Of a stretch of 64,000 nucleotides of DNA, positions 25,055 through 37,700 are shown piece after piece; within the stretch, counting starts at the first letter, position 1, and each line of letters starts with the position of its first letter. The notes beneath the pieces are model-generated. The model was not told the origin of the DNA, did not search any database, and saw nothing but the letters and a program-made list of their open reading frames with translations. The DNA is from Bugula neritina (taxonomy: Eukaryota > Animalia > Bryozoa): positions 12,833,133 to 12,897,132 of the forward strand of contig OZ037771.1 in NCBI GenBank assembly GCA_964035545.1. The letters are read 5' to 3'. The position numbers and the translations under genes were made by a program.

Positions 25055-28000
25055 TTATTTAGCCTTTGACTTTTGTTTCAAAGCTGCTAAGTACATGCCA
25101 AGTGATTTCTGAATAGACTCTTTGGTGGTGAAGCTAACAAAGTTATCAATGTCTTCTTGTCGAGTGTGCAACAAGCGATCCAGTGTGGGCTGTCGCAGCT
25201 GCAGTTTCGACAGATGCCTAGCGTGGGCTGTAAAACAAGATTAAATAAGGCTACACTGATGAAAGAACATTCTAGAGTCAATATTGTTGCCAAAATACTA
25301 AGATGCCATGCTCGAACAAGTTGTCTTTATATCAAACTAATTATTCTGAAAATACAGAGTTTCTTGCGTATCTTACGAAGCTGCTAGTCTCGAAACCTCA
25401 AGTCATGACGTAGTATAAAACCATATTTAATTCACGGATCTGTTGAATTCAGCCATTTTGTCCCTATATACACGCGCATAAGACACATAATGAGGTCCAA
25501 GCCCTCCTCGGGACTTATGAAACTTTATCAGATATGCAGGATGCACTGTATATGCAAAGAAAGACCTGGTAGCTCACATAATGACAGCACAAAAAGTGCT
25601 CCTACGGCCAAATATGATCAAGGTGGTGTAGAAGCTATAAACAGAAAGTAGTGCACTACTCACATGGTATCTTTAACCATTGGGCCATAGTAGCCTCTAC
25701 AGTAGTAGCAACAGACTCTAGGGGTACGACCTGGTCCACCAGCCCTACTGCAACAGCCTCTTGAGGTGAGTAGAGTTTACCGAGTTGAAGAGCTCGCTCA
25801 GCCTCTCTGTGGCCCACCGTGTTGATGAGGGTGTCCGAGAACCACCGGGGAGCCACGATGCCCTAAGGGAAAGCGTCTAACATATTCTATATTGCTTCAA
25901 GGTATAAAATGATGCTCAGTAATCTTATTAGAAAAAGTAGAAATGCACGTTTATACCAAGACTTGCCGAGTTACATTCGCGTGTGCGCTTTGACTCCAAG
26001 TGAATAGTATAATAACAATACAAGTTTTCTTTCTATGTCCAACTGATAAGCTAAAAAACTGGAGTAACTCTTCAATTTTGTATTAAAACATTTGTAAAAA
26101 TGCCGTTATAAGGTTACTGGAAGATTGCTAAATAAAATCACATATTACATAACAGAAATACAAAATCTAAGGCAAAAATTCTTGTTACGCATTCCATGAG
26201 AGATTTACATATAACTCTAGCAAGTCTACCCTACTCCTGGATATGAGTATTTTGTGCCATTCAAAGGCAAAAGTAACCAATTTGTATCTCATAATTAGAT
26301 TATAGGTAATCAACATGTACAAATAAGAATACTGTACTCACTAGAAGTGTTTCGTTCAGACCAATAGTAAGCTTGCCATCTGCCATCACCCTGTGGTCAG
26401 TACACATGCTGATGAGACAACCTCCAGCAGGTGCGTGTCCCTAAATGTGTTTCATACTCAACATATATGTGTGTATAGACGCTACATCTATATAGTTTGC
26501 ACAATACAGTGAAAGAGAGAACGCATTCATGGTAAAAAAGCTGAACAAATTTATTTATTAATATGTAATGCTGAGAACACAATTCCCAGTTTACCAGTAC
26601 AGGGTGTCCAACCTTTTCGGAACGAGGGCCACTGAAATGTAATATTTTAGCGTCAAGGGCCACATTGTAGAGTTTAGGTTGAGCTGCCGGCCACAGCATC
26701 AGCATTTTTCATATTACTTTATTCAAAATTCCAATGAATCTTTACACAATCAAATCCCAATAATTACTGCAGGATGCACGCTTTGTATCATGTACATAGA
26801 GACTTGAAATGTGGTTTTTCACTCTACTCCATACATGTGTGCAAAATCACTTTATCTGTTATGCCTTTGAGGGTCACATAGATGTAGGTTAAGGGCTGCA
26901 TCTTGCATCTGGGCCGCCTGTTGGACAACCCTGTACTAGACGATACTCCACACACAACAAACATAGAAAGGTTAACTCTGCTGTATACAAAATATCATTT
27001 TATAGTTGTAGTAGTAGTAGTCTGATACCGTGATGGCTGCAATAGTGATCATCTGTGAGCCATACAACTTGATCCAAACCTCCTGAAGCGTGCGCCAAAA
27101 CTCGCGCAGTCTCGCCTCATCCGGCTGATACATTTCGGTGATCTCTAAGCCCGCGGAGAATATCTTGGGCAGACTAGAGCCTATTATTAGCCCTCGACAA
27201 CCTGAATGATAGAGTCGACCCTTGAGAATATTGAACACATGTAGAAACTTGATAACGTAAGTTCCTCTTAACTTTAGTTCATAATATCTTAAGAAGTCGC
27301 TGAAAACGTCAATCCACAAAAACAAGGTTTAAAAAATAGCTAAAATATGTATGATCTCCCTTCTTAATTACAATTTGTTGGGTTTGCTTTGTTCAGGTTA
27401 AGTGTAAATAGGTATTTGTTTACATTAAGGTAAAATTAAATTTTAATTTTAAATCAAATTTTTGAAAAGTTCTAATTCTTAGTTTATTTTAAAAGTACTG
27501 AGCATAACCTTTGATAGCTATACATGTATCGTCTACCATCAGTATGTAGTATACTATCACAATACCTACCATCAGTATGTAGTATACTATCACAATACCT
27601 ACCATCACTGTGTAGTTTGTCCAGATTTATACACAAGTTGGTCAACAATTCCAGAGACAAACTATTCACTGGTGGCTTTTGCATTTTCAGAGTTGCAACA
27701 CCTAAGAAATCAACATGAAGACAAGTTTGCAAGCACATGTAACTGTAAAATTTAAATGGTTATTATCAAAACCAACTGTCACTATTAGTGAGTGAGTGAG
27801 TGAGTGAGTGAGTGAGTGAGTGACTCTAAAGTCATAATGAAAGTCAAAGTGTAATTAATGTATATGCGAACAAGCTTAGGGCAATTTGTGACAAAAACAG
27901 TAAGCATTAAGTGCAACACTCAACAAGTTGTTATCTTTAAATTAGCGAAGCTGAATATTATCATCATATCCAATAAATTAATAAATACAAGTTTAAAATC

Positions 28001-28345
28001 ACCTGAAGACGAGTCAACAGAAACATCAAGTAAATTGTCTTGACCAAGAGAATGTTGAGAAAACTTTCGCGCTGTTGCTTTTTGCTGTGAAAGTAACTTG
28101 CATGGTGGTAGCAGAGAGACAGCCTGGTGGCCGGCAGTCACCTTGAAATTGTTAGTTAAATAAGGAGTCGAGCCAAGGCCTACATGAAAATTTGATAGAT
28201 GATTGTAGCAACGATAAGACAATCGCGAATGTGCTGGTGCCTGGGCTTTCAACATTGATTTGGAGGCCATACTCATTCTGCTCAACATTATACTGCGCAC
28301 TACATTCGTATTTCTATAGCATAAACTTATACAAGAAGTTGCCAT
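25055..28345 (-). CDS. ECI1: Enoyl-CoA delta isomerase 1, mitochondrial
   Basis: Long Ser/Arg/Leu-rich, acid-poor N-terminal leader, then KPPVNSLSLELL, IFSAGLEITEMY, EFWRTLQEVWIKLYGS, GHAPAGGCL, IGLNETLLGIVAP (catalytic Glu), VGHREAERALQLG, ending LKQKSKAK*. Confidence 0.95.
26600..26933. mobile_element. hAT (Charlie-like) MITE
   Basis: Termini CAGGGTGTCCAAC… / …GTTGGACAACCCTG with GGGCC subterminal motifs. The 8-bp flanks match only partly (TACCAGTA vs TACTAGAC). Confidence 0.7.
27533..27607. repeat. 33-bp tandem duplication spanning an ECI1 splice donor
   Basis: ACCATC recurs at 27535, 27568 and 27601. Confidence 0.9.
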
Positions 28346-29964
28346 TTCCAGTGTTCTACTGTTGCACAGTTGTAAAACATTTACAAAGCAATAGCTGAAT
28401 GAAAAATTCAAACTGGCAGATTACAAGACACTAGCACCAAGATAAAAAATAGCGTATAGGAAATTGAAGAATTGAATAAAAATAAACTGCTGTTACAATT
28501 CAGAAATGTCAAGGCTAAAAAGACAACTCCTTAAAACGAATATTGACCACTGAACTGGAATAATAATTATTATTGAGTTCATAGAATGACATTAGCGTAT
28601 CTTCCATGTGAAGACAACTACGTAATTCTACACTAAGCTACTGAGCGTTTATTCACACATGTATACACATTACACATCCTATACGGGCTACTATGTTTAC
28701 TTACAATAATATTATTAGTTTGTGTTGCGAAGGTAAAAATAATAATATACAATGTAGATGCATACTCTACAAAGGGTGAAATATACTATCGCACTGGTTC
28801 TCTAATGCCGATAACTTCAGCATAAAACCACGAAATGGCGCTATCGAGCAACTTGGAAAAGGTATTCTCAAGGAAGACAACTTCACAACACATTGTCCTC
28901 TACTGGAATGTGTCATTTAGCCGCCTACTACTGGGTCGAAACTCAAAACTTTTTGGAGGGTTCACCTCCATCGATTACTATTAGGTTCAACATTGTTGGT
29001 TAACCAGCAACCCATTTGCGTTGGCTGAGGTTGGCCGGATAATTCAGGGAGCTCAGATATTCCTACCACCTAAGCCAAGCCTAATACTAATATTAATAAA
29101 CATAGAAATTGTAAAAAAGCCAAACAATACATCAATCACTTCAATGTTCAGTATGAGTATGAGTACGACTATGAAATTGAATATTCCGATATTCGTAAAT
29201 AACAAAATTGAAATTACATTTATTGTTAATTTTATTTTTTAGATTAATAGTTGTAGTTTTACTAATAGTAATAATAATACTAATAGTAATACTAATACTA
29301 ATAGTAATACTTAAAGTTCATATAAATATTATACTGTAAGTTTATAGTTTTTACTTACAGTTATTGTTAATTTTATACTAATAATCATAATCATAATGTA
29401 ATAGAGTGATACTATCACTCTATTACATTATTAGTATAAAATTAACTGATAGTAATAGTAATACTAATAATATCAATATGAATAAATAACAATGATTTGA
29501 TAATGATAATTATCTAAATAATATATTTCTAAATTGAAATTCACTTCACTCACTAAAATCTCAGTGAAACTGAATGTCAAACTCAATGTAACTATGTCTA
29601 AGTCTAAAACTTAGACTGGCTCTTTCTCTTATTAATTATATAAATATAGCTATAAGTATAAGTATAGTCATAGTGCATACTAATACATGTATGTTCGGTT
29701 TCATATTCATATTGTAATTCAGTAGTTATTCTAATACTGATAAGGCTGAGTTATAGCCATAGGCCAGGGTTACTGTTGGTGTTAGACTATACTTATACTT
29801 ATACTCATAGTGATACTGATAGTCATACTCGTAGTGACAGTCATAGACTCGCACTCAATCTCATAGTCATAGTGATACTGATAGTGATACCGATACTCAT
29901 TTACAGTTTGAGTTACAGTTAAAGTTGCACCTACTTATTCGGTCAGTCTTATTGTTACTTGTAG

Positions 29965-30250
29965 CCGACTGCTAGTGCTACTACTATTACTACTGCTGCT
30001 GCTGCTACTACTGCTGCTGCTACTGCCATTACCACTAGTACTACTATTACTACTGCTACTACTACTGCTGCTACTACTACTGCTGCTACTACTACTGCTG
30101 CTACTACTGCTGCTACTGCCATTACCACTAGTACTACTATTACTACTGCTACTACTACTACTGCTGCCGGTACCGCTGCTGCTGCCAGTACCGCTGCCAC
30201 TGCTGGTACTACTACCGGTAGTAGTACTAGTAGTACTAGTAGCAGTAGTA
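29965..30250. repeat. (CTA/CTG)n microsatellite
   Basis: Directly visible; explains the poly-L/S/V ORFs. Confidence 0.97.
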
Positions 30251-30620
30251 TAATTTTTAGTACTACCTATCAGTATGCCTGTTCTTAAGTTAATCAATGC
30301 TGTTGCTTACACTTCATTCATATTGGGAGGGTTCACTGAGGTTTAGGTTTGACTCGAGAGTCAAAAAACACAACTTTCAGGTCAAGTTTATCAGCAGTAT
30401 CACTCTCAGTATTGTTGAAATTTGATATATATGGGTCATGGGATATAAATTTACAAGTTATGTTTATGACTCATAATCATTGTTTTTCGCTGTTTTATTG
30501 CACAACTGATAACAAGCCTCATTTTGTCTAATTCACATTTGCATTGATCTGAATTGTTCATCATATAAATATTCCTAGCCTAGTCACTACATCACAAATT
30601 GATTGAATTCACAGATAACT

Positions 30621-31030
30621 GGGTCATTTTACTTAATTTAGTACACACTCGGATATCTCTAGTTTTTGGCTATTTTTCACAATTTAGCTGCTAATATATA
30701 TTGTTTGACCTAAACTAATAGAATATTAACAAATACAACTAAATGATTAAAGTTTTTGTTTCTAATTTTGCTTGATTTTCTGTATTTTTTCCTAATTTTT
30801 TATTAAATTGAGATATGGCTTTTTCACATTTTAATTACCAATAGGACGATTAAATGCACTTGATTGATGCAGGTTTCCCTCTCAGCTAATTTTCCTATAC
30901 ATATTTGTAATATACATATTTGTAATAATCGTAAAAATATACCACAAGCTGTTAAGTTTTTATGGCTTTTAATCAATTTCAATTGTTGTTTGTAATTCGC
31001 TAGTGGGTACTAAATAAAGTAAATTGACCC
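30621..31030. mobile_element. Non-autonomous DNA transposon with GGG…CCC termini and 4-bp TSD (Sola2-like signature)
   Basis: GGGTCATTTTACTTAATTTAGTACACAC / GTGGGTACTAAATAAAGTAAATTGACCC; AACT is duplicated at 30617-20 and 31031-34. Confidence 0.7.
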
Positions 31031-31791
31031 AACTCTCTTGATTTTCATTACATTTCCTAATTGCATTTGCATATTTTCAAGGTCCTGTTTTACATTTTAA
31101 TTAAAATTTATTTTCATTTTGAGGTTGAATTGAAATATATGTTTGTCAATCTTACGTAATTATTGCTAAGGAATGGATCTATAGCATTTAAAAGAAAGTC
31201 CACAACTGATTCAGTGCTGTAAACTTAGCTTATTTAAAACTTTATTTATTACTTATTGCAATCAAGTAGGGTGTAATTTTAGTTATTAGTAGACAAATCA
31301 CATTTTTATTTTTAAAACCTTGTTTCTCATTTTTATTTTGCTGATGGAAATATCTACTAGATATATTTATCTATGGAAGCTGTTTAAGAAATGTAGCTTG
31401 TAATGAGTGTCTTGAAATACCTGCACTTGTACCAGTTTTAAAATGAGTAGTTTTCCTTCATGGTAAAGAGTTGTCGTGACATGAGTGCAGGTGCTATAGA
31501 TATAAACTTTCTGCACAGCTATCAGCTAGGGTTTATGTCTCATTCTATTCTGGTTCACCAGATGTTGACGGTGCTACAATTAGATTTTTTCTTATACTTT
31601 TCAGGTGCTGCTTGCAAACCGTGCCGGTTTAGTTTGATTCAAATTGTCTGGTGAGGAATCTTTGAAACTTTTTGGAGTGGCTAAAAGAGCAGCGACAATG
31701 ACTTAGACTAATTCCTACAGGCGTAGACTGCAAACCCGTCCTAAGTCTCGATAGTTATCTCAGTGAGAAAGAAGAGCTATTCCATTGTGTC

Positions 31792-34585
31792 ATGGCGGGC
31801 CGGTATAAGCGCAGGCTCTTTCTAGCTACATGCATCTTGGCATTTGTGATCATCATGTTTGTCCAAGTCGGGTTTCATCAACCAGTCAAGTGAGTTCTTA
31901 CATGTACCACAAGTTAGCATAGTGGGCACATTCCCAATGCATTACCACACTGTTTTTACTACGTTGAAGGGTCAAGTGGCAGACTTTATGCTTTGGGAAA
32001 GCTCCTCATAGTAAATGTTTGTCACATAAGAGTATTATGAGGTTTACTTGTTGTTCCTTGACGTATACAGGTAACAGAGGGTCTAACTACTTCATAACTA
32101 AACTAAATAACATTATGTAATGCATAACCCATCATTACTGGTGCAACTAGCAGTGAAGTTACTGGTGTCTCATTAGCTTCCAGTGAACATAAATTTCAAG
32201 TAATTTTGTCCCTATTCCAATGCAGTTGTATGCAATTCCTAGCTGTTATGTTTTTCTAATCAGAGACATGGATTTATTGCAACTAGTCTAGTTATTAAGG
32301 AGACAACTTCTTATATTATAATTATCTGGAAAACTCAGTATTTCCTATCTTTTTGGTGTTTTCATTGCCATATAATACTACCTTTTGACAGATCTAATAT
32401 CATACATTATATGATAATACATAATACAGTATGATGAACATTACATAACAATAACATACATACTGCAACTAGATGTTGCTTGCTGCTACCACTGTCTGCA
32501 TAGATCCGCTCTATCACGCACCATCCATCTCATCTCAATCACTCACCTCCGCTTGTCAATCATTTTCAAATAACAGTTATTCATGCTGTCAAAGATAATG
32601 TTACTAGGAATGAGAAAGTAGTCATGATTTCACTGGTTTAAATATTAGGATATCTGTTTTTTGTCCGCCATGTTTTGTTTATGCTAGTGAGATAAATTGG
32701 GTCATTTTATGCAGTTTAGTACACACCATATATCTCTAGTTTTTCAGCTATTTTTCACAGTTTAGCATCTAATGTATACAGTTTCTTGCATTAAACTGAT
32801 GAAATATAAACTAATACAGCTGAAAAAGCATTACTCTTGCTCACCCAAATTTACTAAAAATTTAGGATAAAACGTAGAAAATCAAGCAAAATTAGAAAAT
32901 CACTTCGCTCATTCAGCTGTAACTATCAATATTCTCTCAGTTTAATGCAAGAAACCATATTTATTAGCAGCTAAACTGAAACATAGCTAAAACTAGAGAT
33001 ATATAGCGTGTACTGACTTGAGGATAAAAAGTGTTGGGGAGGAGTGAAGAGTTTAGCTGGTCTATCTCCACACGGTCTGCTGGGGCCCTTGTTCTCTCAG
33101 GGAGCTACTTCACATTTGAGACGACATAATATGTCCACTTGCCTAATGTCACTGCCTGCCACCTGGCCAATCACGCAGCAGCTTTCTTCTATCTAACCAA
33201 TCATGCATTATATTTCTTCTGTCTAACCAATCATGCATCAGCTTTCTTCTGCCTAGCCAATCATGCATCAGCTTTCTTCTGTCTAACCAATCATGCATTA
33301 TATTTCTTCTGTCTAACCAATCATGCATCAGCTTTCTTCTGCCTAGCCAATCATGCATCAGCTTTCTTCTGTCTAACCAATCATGCATTATATTTCTTCT
33401 GTCTAACCAATCATGCATCAGCTTTCTTCTGCCTAGCCAATCATGCATCAGCTTTCTTCTGTCTAACCAATCATGCATTATATTTCTTCTGCCTAGTTAT
33501 TGAAAGACACTGTGACTATTTCTGCAGTCATGGCTTGCAGTGACTTGATGTGTGAAGACAGTAGATGTGGAGAAATTGAGATACCCTAACTTCTTTAAAT
33601 TTCCTAATAAAATTTGATTTGGGATACGGGTTGAAATTCTCTCGAGAAAATAACTTCTTTCACTATATTTCTGATCTAGAACACAGGCTTTTCTTAATTT
33701 TTTCATTGGTGCGCATATTTCGCTCCTCCAACTACACAGTATAGAGACACTGGGTAGTTGCTAGATTGTTGCTAAAAATCTATTCATTCAAATTGAGTAT
33801 AAAACAACCCAGCTTCCTCACCACAGCATCTGCCTTCTACTCTACGGCCCCCTTATTCACTCCTCCAAAGTCTAATCTTTACACACACATTTTCTTTTAG
33901 CTATTTTGCTAGTGGAGTTTCAGCCCTCTATGTGAAATTTCTCATGATATTGTAATTTCATTGTGAAAATCTGTAACAAATAGTTAGCCACTTCCATGGT
34001 AGAGAGTTGATCAAGCTTTCCATTTTACAGCTTCAGGCGAACAAGGTATAGTATATCTTAACCAGTTATTGTTTCTTTCACAGTGTTGTGGTGTATAGTT
34101 TACAGTGATGATTTTCACTGTCTTTGTCACTAAACTGGAGAGGAGTTGGACTAGTAGCTGGTAAGCATGGGGCCACAGGCCAAGAATTAACTCCGAGCAC
34201 ACCTTCTAGTTTTTAATTTTTAAAATTGGACTTTTTATTTTCTTTGTATATATAAAGTTATTTTCTCACTGCAACGCAGAACAGAGCTATAATAACAGCA
34301 GCCTAGGGAACACTAAACGTTTAATATTTTCAGCTAGGAAAATTTCCATTTCTGCTAACAACGCATTGTGGGTAGCAGAGCACTTTTGAAACAATTTTTT
34401 CCCAAATTTTTGTGCACCTGGAAAGTCCTTCTAATGTGGTCCCACGCTAGCACTAATGTAACTAGTCTAACTGCTCAACTACTGCTTATGGGTCTTTACT
34501 TGGCTGCATGTCTTGTTAGAAGAATTTCTATTTTGAGTCATTGTTTGGTATGTCAAATATTCTCTCTGGAAGTCTGTGTGTAAAA

Positions 34586-34643
<58 letters not shown>

Positions 34644-34645
34644 TT

Positions 34646-34721
<76 letters not shown>

Positions 34722-37700
34722 AATACAAGTATGCTCAGTCATTTCGCTTTATATAGTACACACTGACAAATAAAACCAAACATTCGAATTATTACTAAGT
34801 TTAAGAAAATATGTTTTTTATACATTAATTTCAAATATGTATAGGAAATATACAGGAAAGCAGTTGCAATAAGTTGCTATTTTCTGCCATATTGTCAAAT
34901 CAAAATTTGATTGCAGCACAGTAGTAAACTATTAATGAAAATTACTTTGCTTATTTTATGGCTACCAGATGAACATAATGGTACAGTTTGTATCCCGTTT
35001 GGAAGACTAAAAACTATATGTTGTTTGTAGATTATATAAAAAAATTCCCAAAATTACGCAGATTATATTTCTTTCAATAATAAACATGGTAAGCTACTAA
35101 CCATGCAAAAATCGTCACACAAATCTGCGACTATAAATTTAAATTTATAGAAAAAGAAAAAAAATTTTGGTTTTGTTTGTCAACATTTCATTAATTTTAT
35201 TCAAAAGCTGATATATAAGCAAATAGAATTTTATGAAATAGATGAAAAAAGAGAAGATGAAAAGTTTGTCTCCAAATATTGCATAAAATAAATTATTTGG
35301 CTGGAGTAGCATTATTAGTTGGACTGCCAACTGGGGGGTCCTTTCACACTAACCTCTGGTGTTCTCCCTAGTCCAGTTGGTGGCAGGATGGTGTCACACT
35401 CTATTGTATCTACACGTAATCCCCATGTTTAAAGTGTATTTTTCAAGTTTCTACTTATTATAGTAAGAGATGAGAACTGAGGCTATATCCTACCACCAAT
35501 GAGGGCTGTTACTGCATGGTGTCTGTGCTTCTAATTTAGCTTTAACTTTAACCCTGGTGTTGAACAGCCTAGCATTCTATTGTCTATATAAACATTTCCA
35601 GTGACCTGAGCTGTTTTCTCCACTTTTTTATTTTAACTTCAGCACTGATACTAATCATTTGTGTCTTGAATTTTTTAAGAACTGTTTTGTTTCTACCTTT
35701 TGCTGCCAACTAATATTGGCTGTCAGATGACTTTACCCCATGCTTGCCCGTATTGACAATATATGGCTGTGTTGTTGATACCCCCACCTTCAATCTTATG
35801 CTCTGCTTGCACCCATGCTACACTCTGCATTCTATCACATGTATTTGTAGACTTGGTAACCTTATTTCCTTGTAAATTTGCAGGAGGGACGTGGAGCTGG
35901 AAAGCCTCATAGATGTAATATTCTCCACGGCTAATCTCACTGTAGCTGTTGACTACAATGGTCCTGGGATATTGCATAGGTTTACTTTTTGTCTCATTTT
36001 GTCTTGTAGTTTGTCATGTGTGAGTGTGGCCTACTTATTGGTGAACCGGTGTTCTCCCATCTGTCCATGTAAACAGCATACAGCTAAATGTTAAACACTC
36101 AAACTAAATGTTGATTTGCTTGGCTATAAGTCACAAGTGCTGCCTTACTTGCTCTACTGCTCACTGCTACTCACTGGTGTTGACCTCCAATCGTTCTCTA
36201 GGTCACCAACAGTCACTAACAGTCCTATCACTCACCAACAGTCACTAACAGTCCTATCACTCACTAACAGTCGCCTCTAATCACCCAGAAACTCTTATGC
36301 ATGTTCTTTCTCTCTTTCAGTTAATCTCCTAGCTGCAGTAGCAATTAACAAATATCTTTACTACTCACAATTTCTGTGTTTAATTTTGTTTTTTTTTGTC
36401 ACGAATTAAAATAGTGATGAAAACATTTTATGAGCAGTACTTTTTATGATGAAAATATACAATTTATTTACTTTTAGCAGTTTTTATTTGTTACTAAGAT
36501 TTGAAAACGAACTCATTGTGATTGTCTAGTCACTGTACTATGTGGTTTCATGGGGTATAAAATACTTCTCATCTCACATCAGCTCAGCTAGAGTAGAAGT
36601 GCTCAAGCACATTCTAAACAGTCTGGTTCAATTATAAAAGCAAGTGTACTTTGTCCTACTCTCTCTCTCTCTCAATCACCCTTCCTATGACCTCTGACCT
36701 CTCTCAGTGGTAGTGGTGCAACAATCTCACTTTTCAATAAGTTTGCAAAGTAATTAATACATCACATGTTGACAGTCTATTTCAACCTCTTGGGTCCTGA
36801 TGTCTTGACTTTAGTCGGCACTCTATTTTACTAATGGTCTTTTCTTTCACTTCCTGTTTATCGTTTTGATGAGTCTAACTATAAACGCTGTGTGATATGG
36901 TGATAGTTCAACTTTGAGGCCATCTTAACGATATAGTTTGAAAGTCACCCATTCAAACATTTCAACATGCACTCAGTTTCAATCACAAATACTTGGGTCT
37001 TGAATACATTAATTTTGAATTTGACTTACTGATGAAAATAGTTGTGATGTTACTCTGGATTTTGTAGAAATGTCCATCCATTACCACGCATTAACCAAAG
37101 CAGACTAGACTTCATATACACCGAGAAGTACAGGTTCAAAGAGTTGCAGAAAGGATATGTCCGGCAAACCGAACCCTGCCCTAAAATTCCCATCACTATC
37201 GGTAAGTTGTCACGAGTTGCGAGGTGTATATGCGGCATTGCTTCTCGCCAACCCACAAACAGGAAGGGTTTTCAGCTATGGACATCAGCAGGTTGTATAG
37301 TAGTGGTGTGACTAGCTAGTCATCTCAATGTTATAGTGTAGTGTCTACATGGTGTGTGTTGTTTTGTATCATTAAGAGAGAAGATCGGAAACTTATGGTG
37401 ATATGGTATTTGTATCATGTATTCTCTTCTGATGTAGATAAACAAGTACCCACTTATCAGGAGTTAGCTCCTCTGTCTTCTCTAGAAGCCAAAGGGTTTG
37501 ATCTTCAAAATGGGGGTACTTTTATACCACCCTGTAAACAGCCTCAGAAAACAGCTATTATAATACCGTTCAGGTGAGTAGATTTCAACTGTATATGACG
37601 TTATTTGCAGTGCTGCATGATAATTAACTTAGGGATAGTAGTAATAGTACTAATAGTGATAGTAGTAGTGGTAGTAGTGATAGTAGTAGTAGATAGTAGT

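Noticed and set aside
33139-33543. Repeat ORFs on both strands
   Set aside because: They arise from the 30-bp minisatellite; no splice context or protein signature.
35723-35977. ORF with KIEGGGI…W reminiscent of a LINE reverse-transcriptase tail
   Set aside because: Too short and degenerate to support without a profile search.
36790-37000. Possible decayed Tc1/mariner N-terminus on the minus strand (MASKLNYHH…TGS)
   Set aside because: Multiple stops, no TIRs found, and the similarity is impressionistic.
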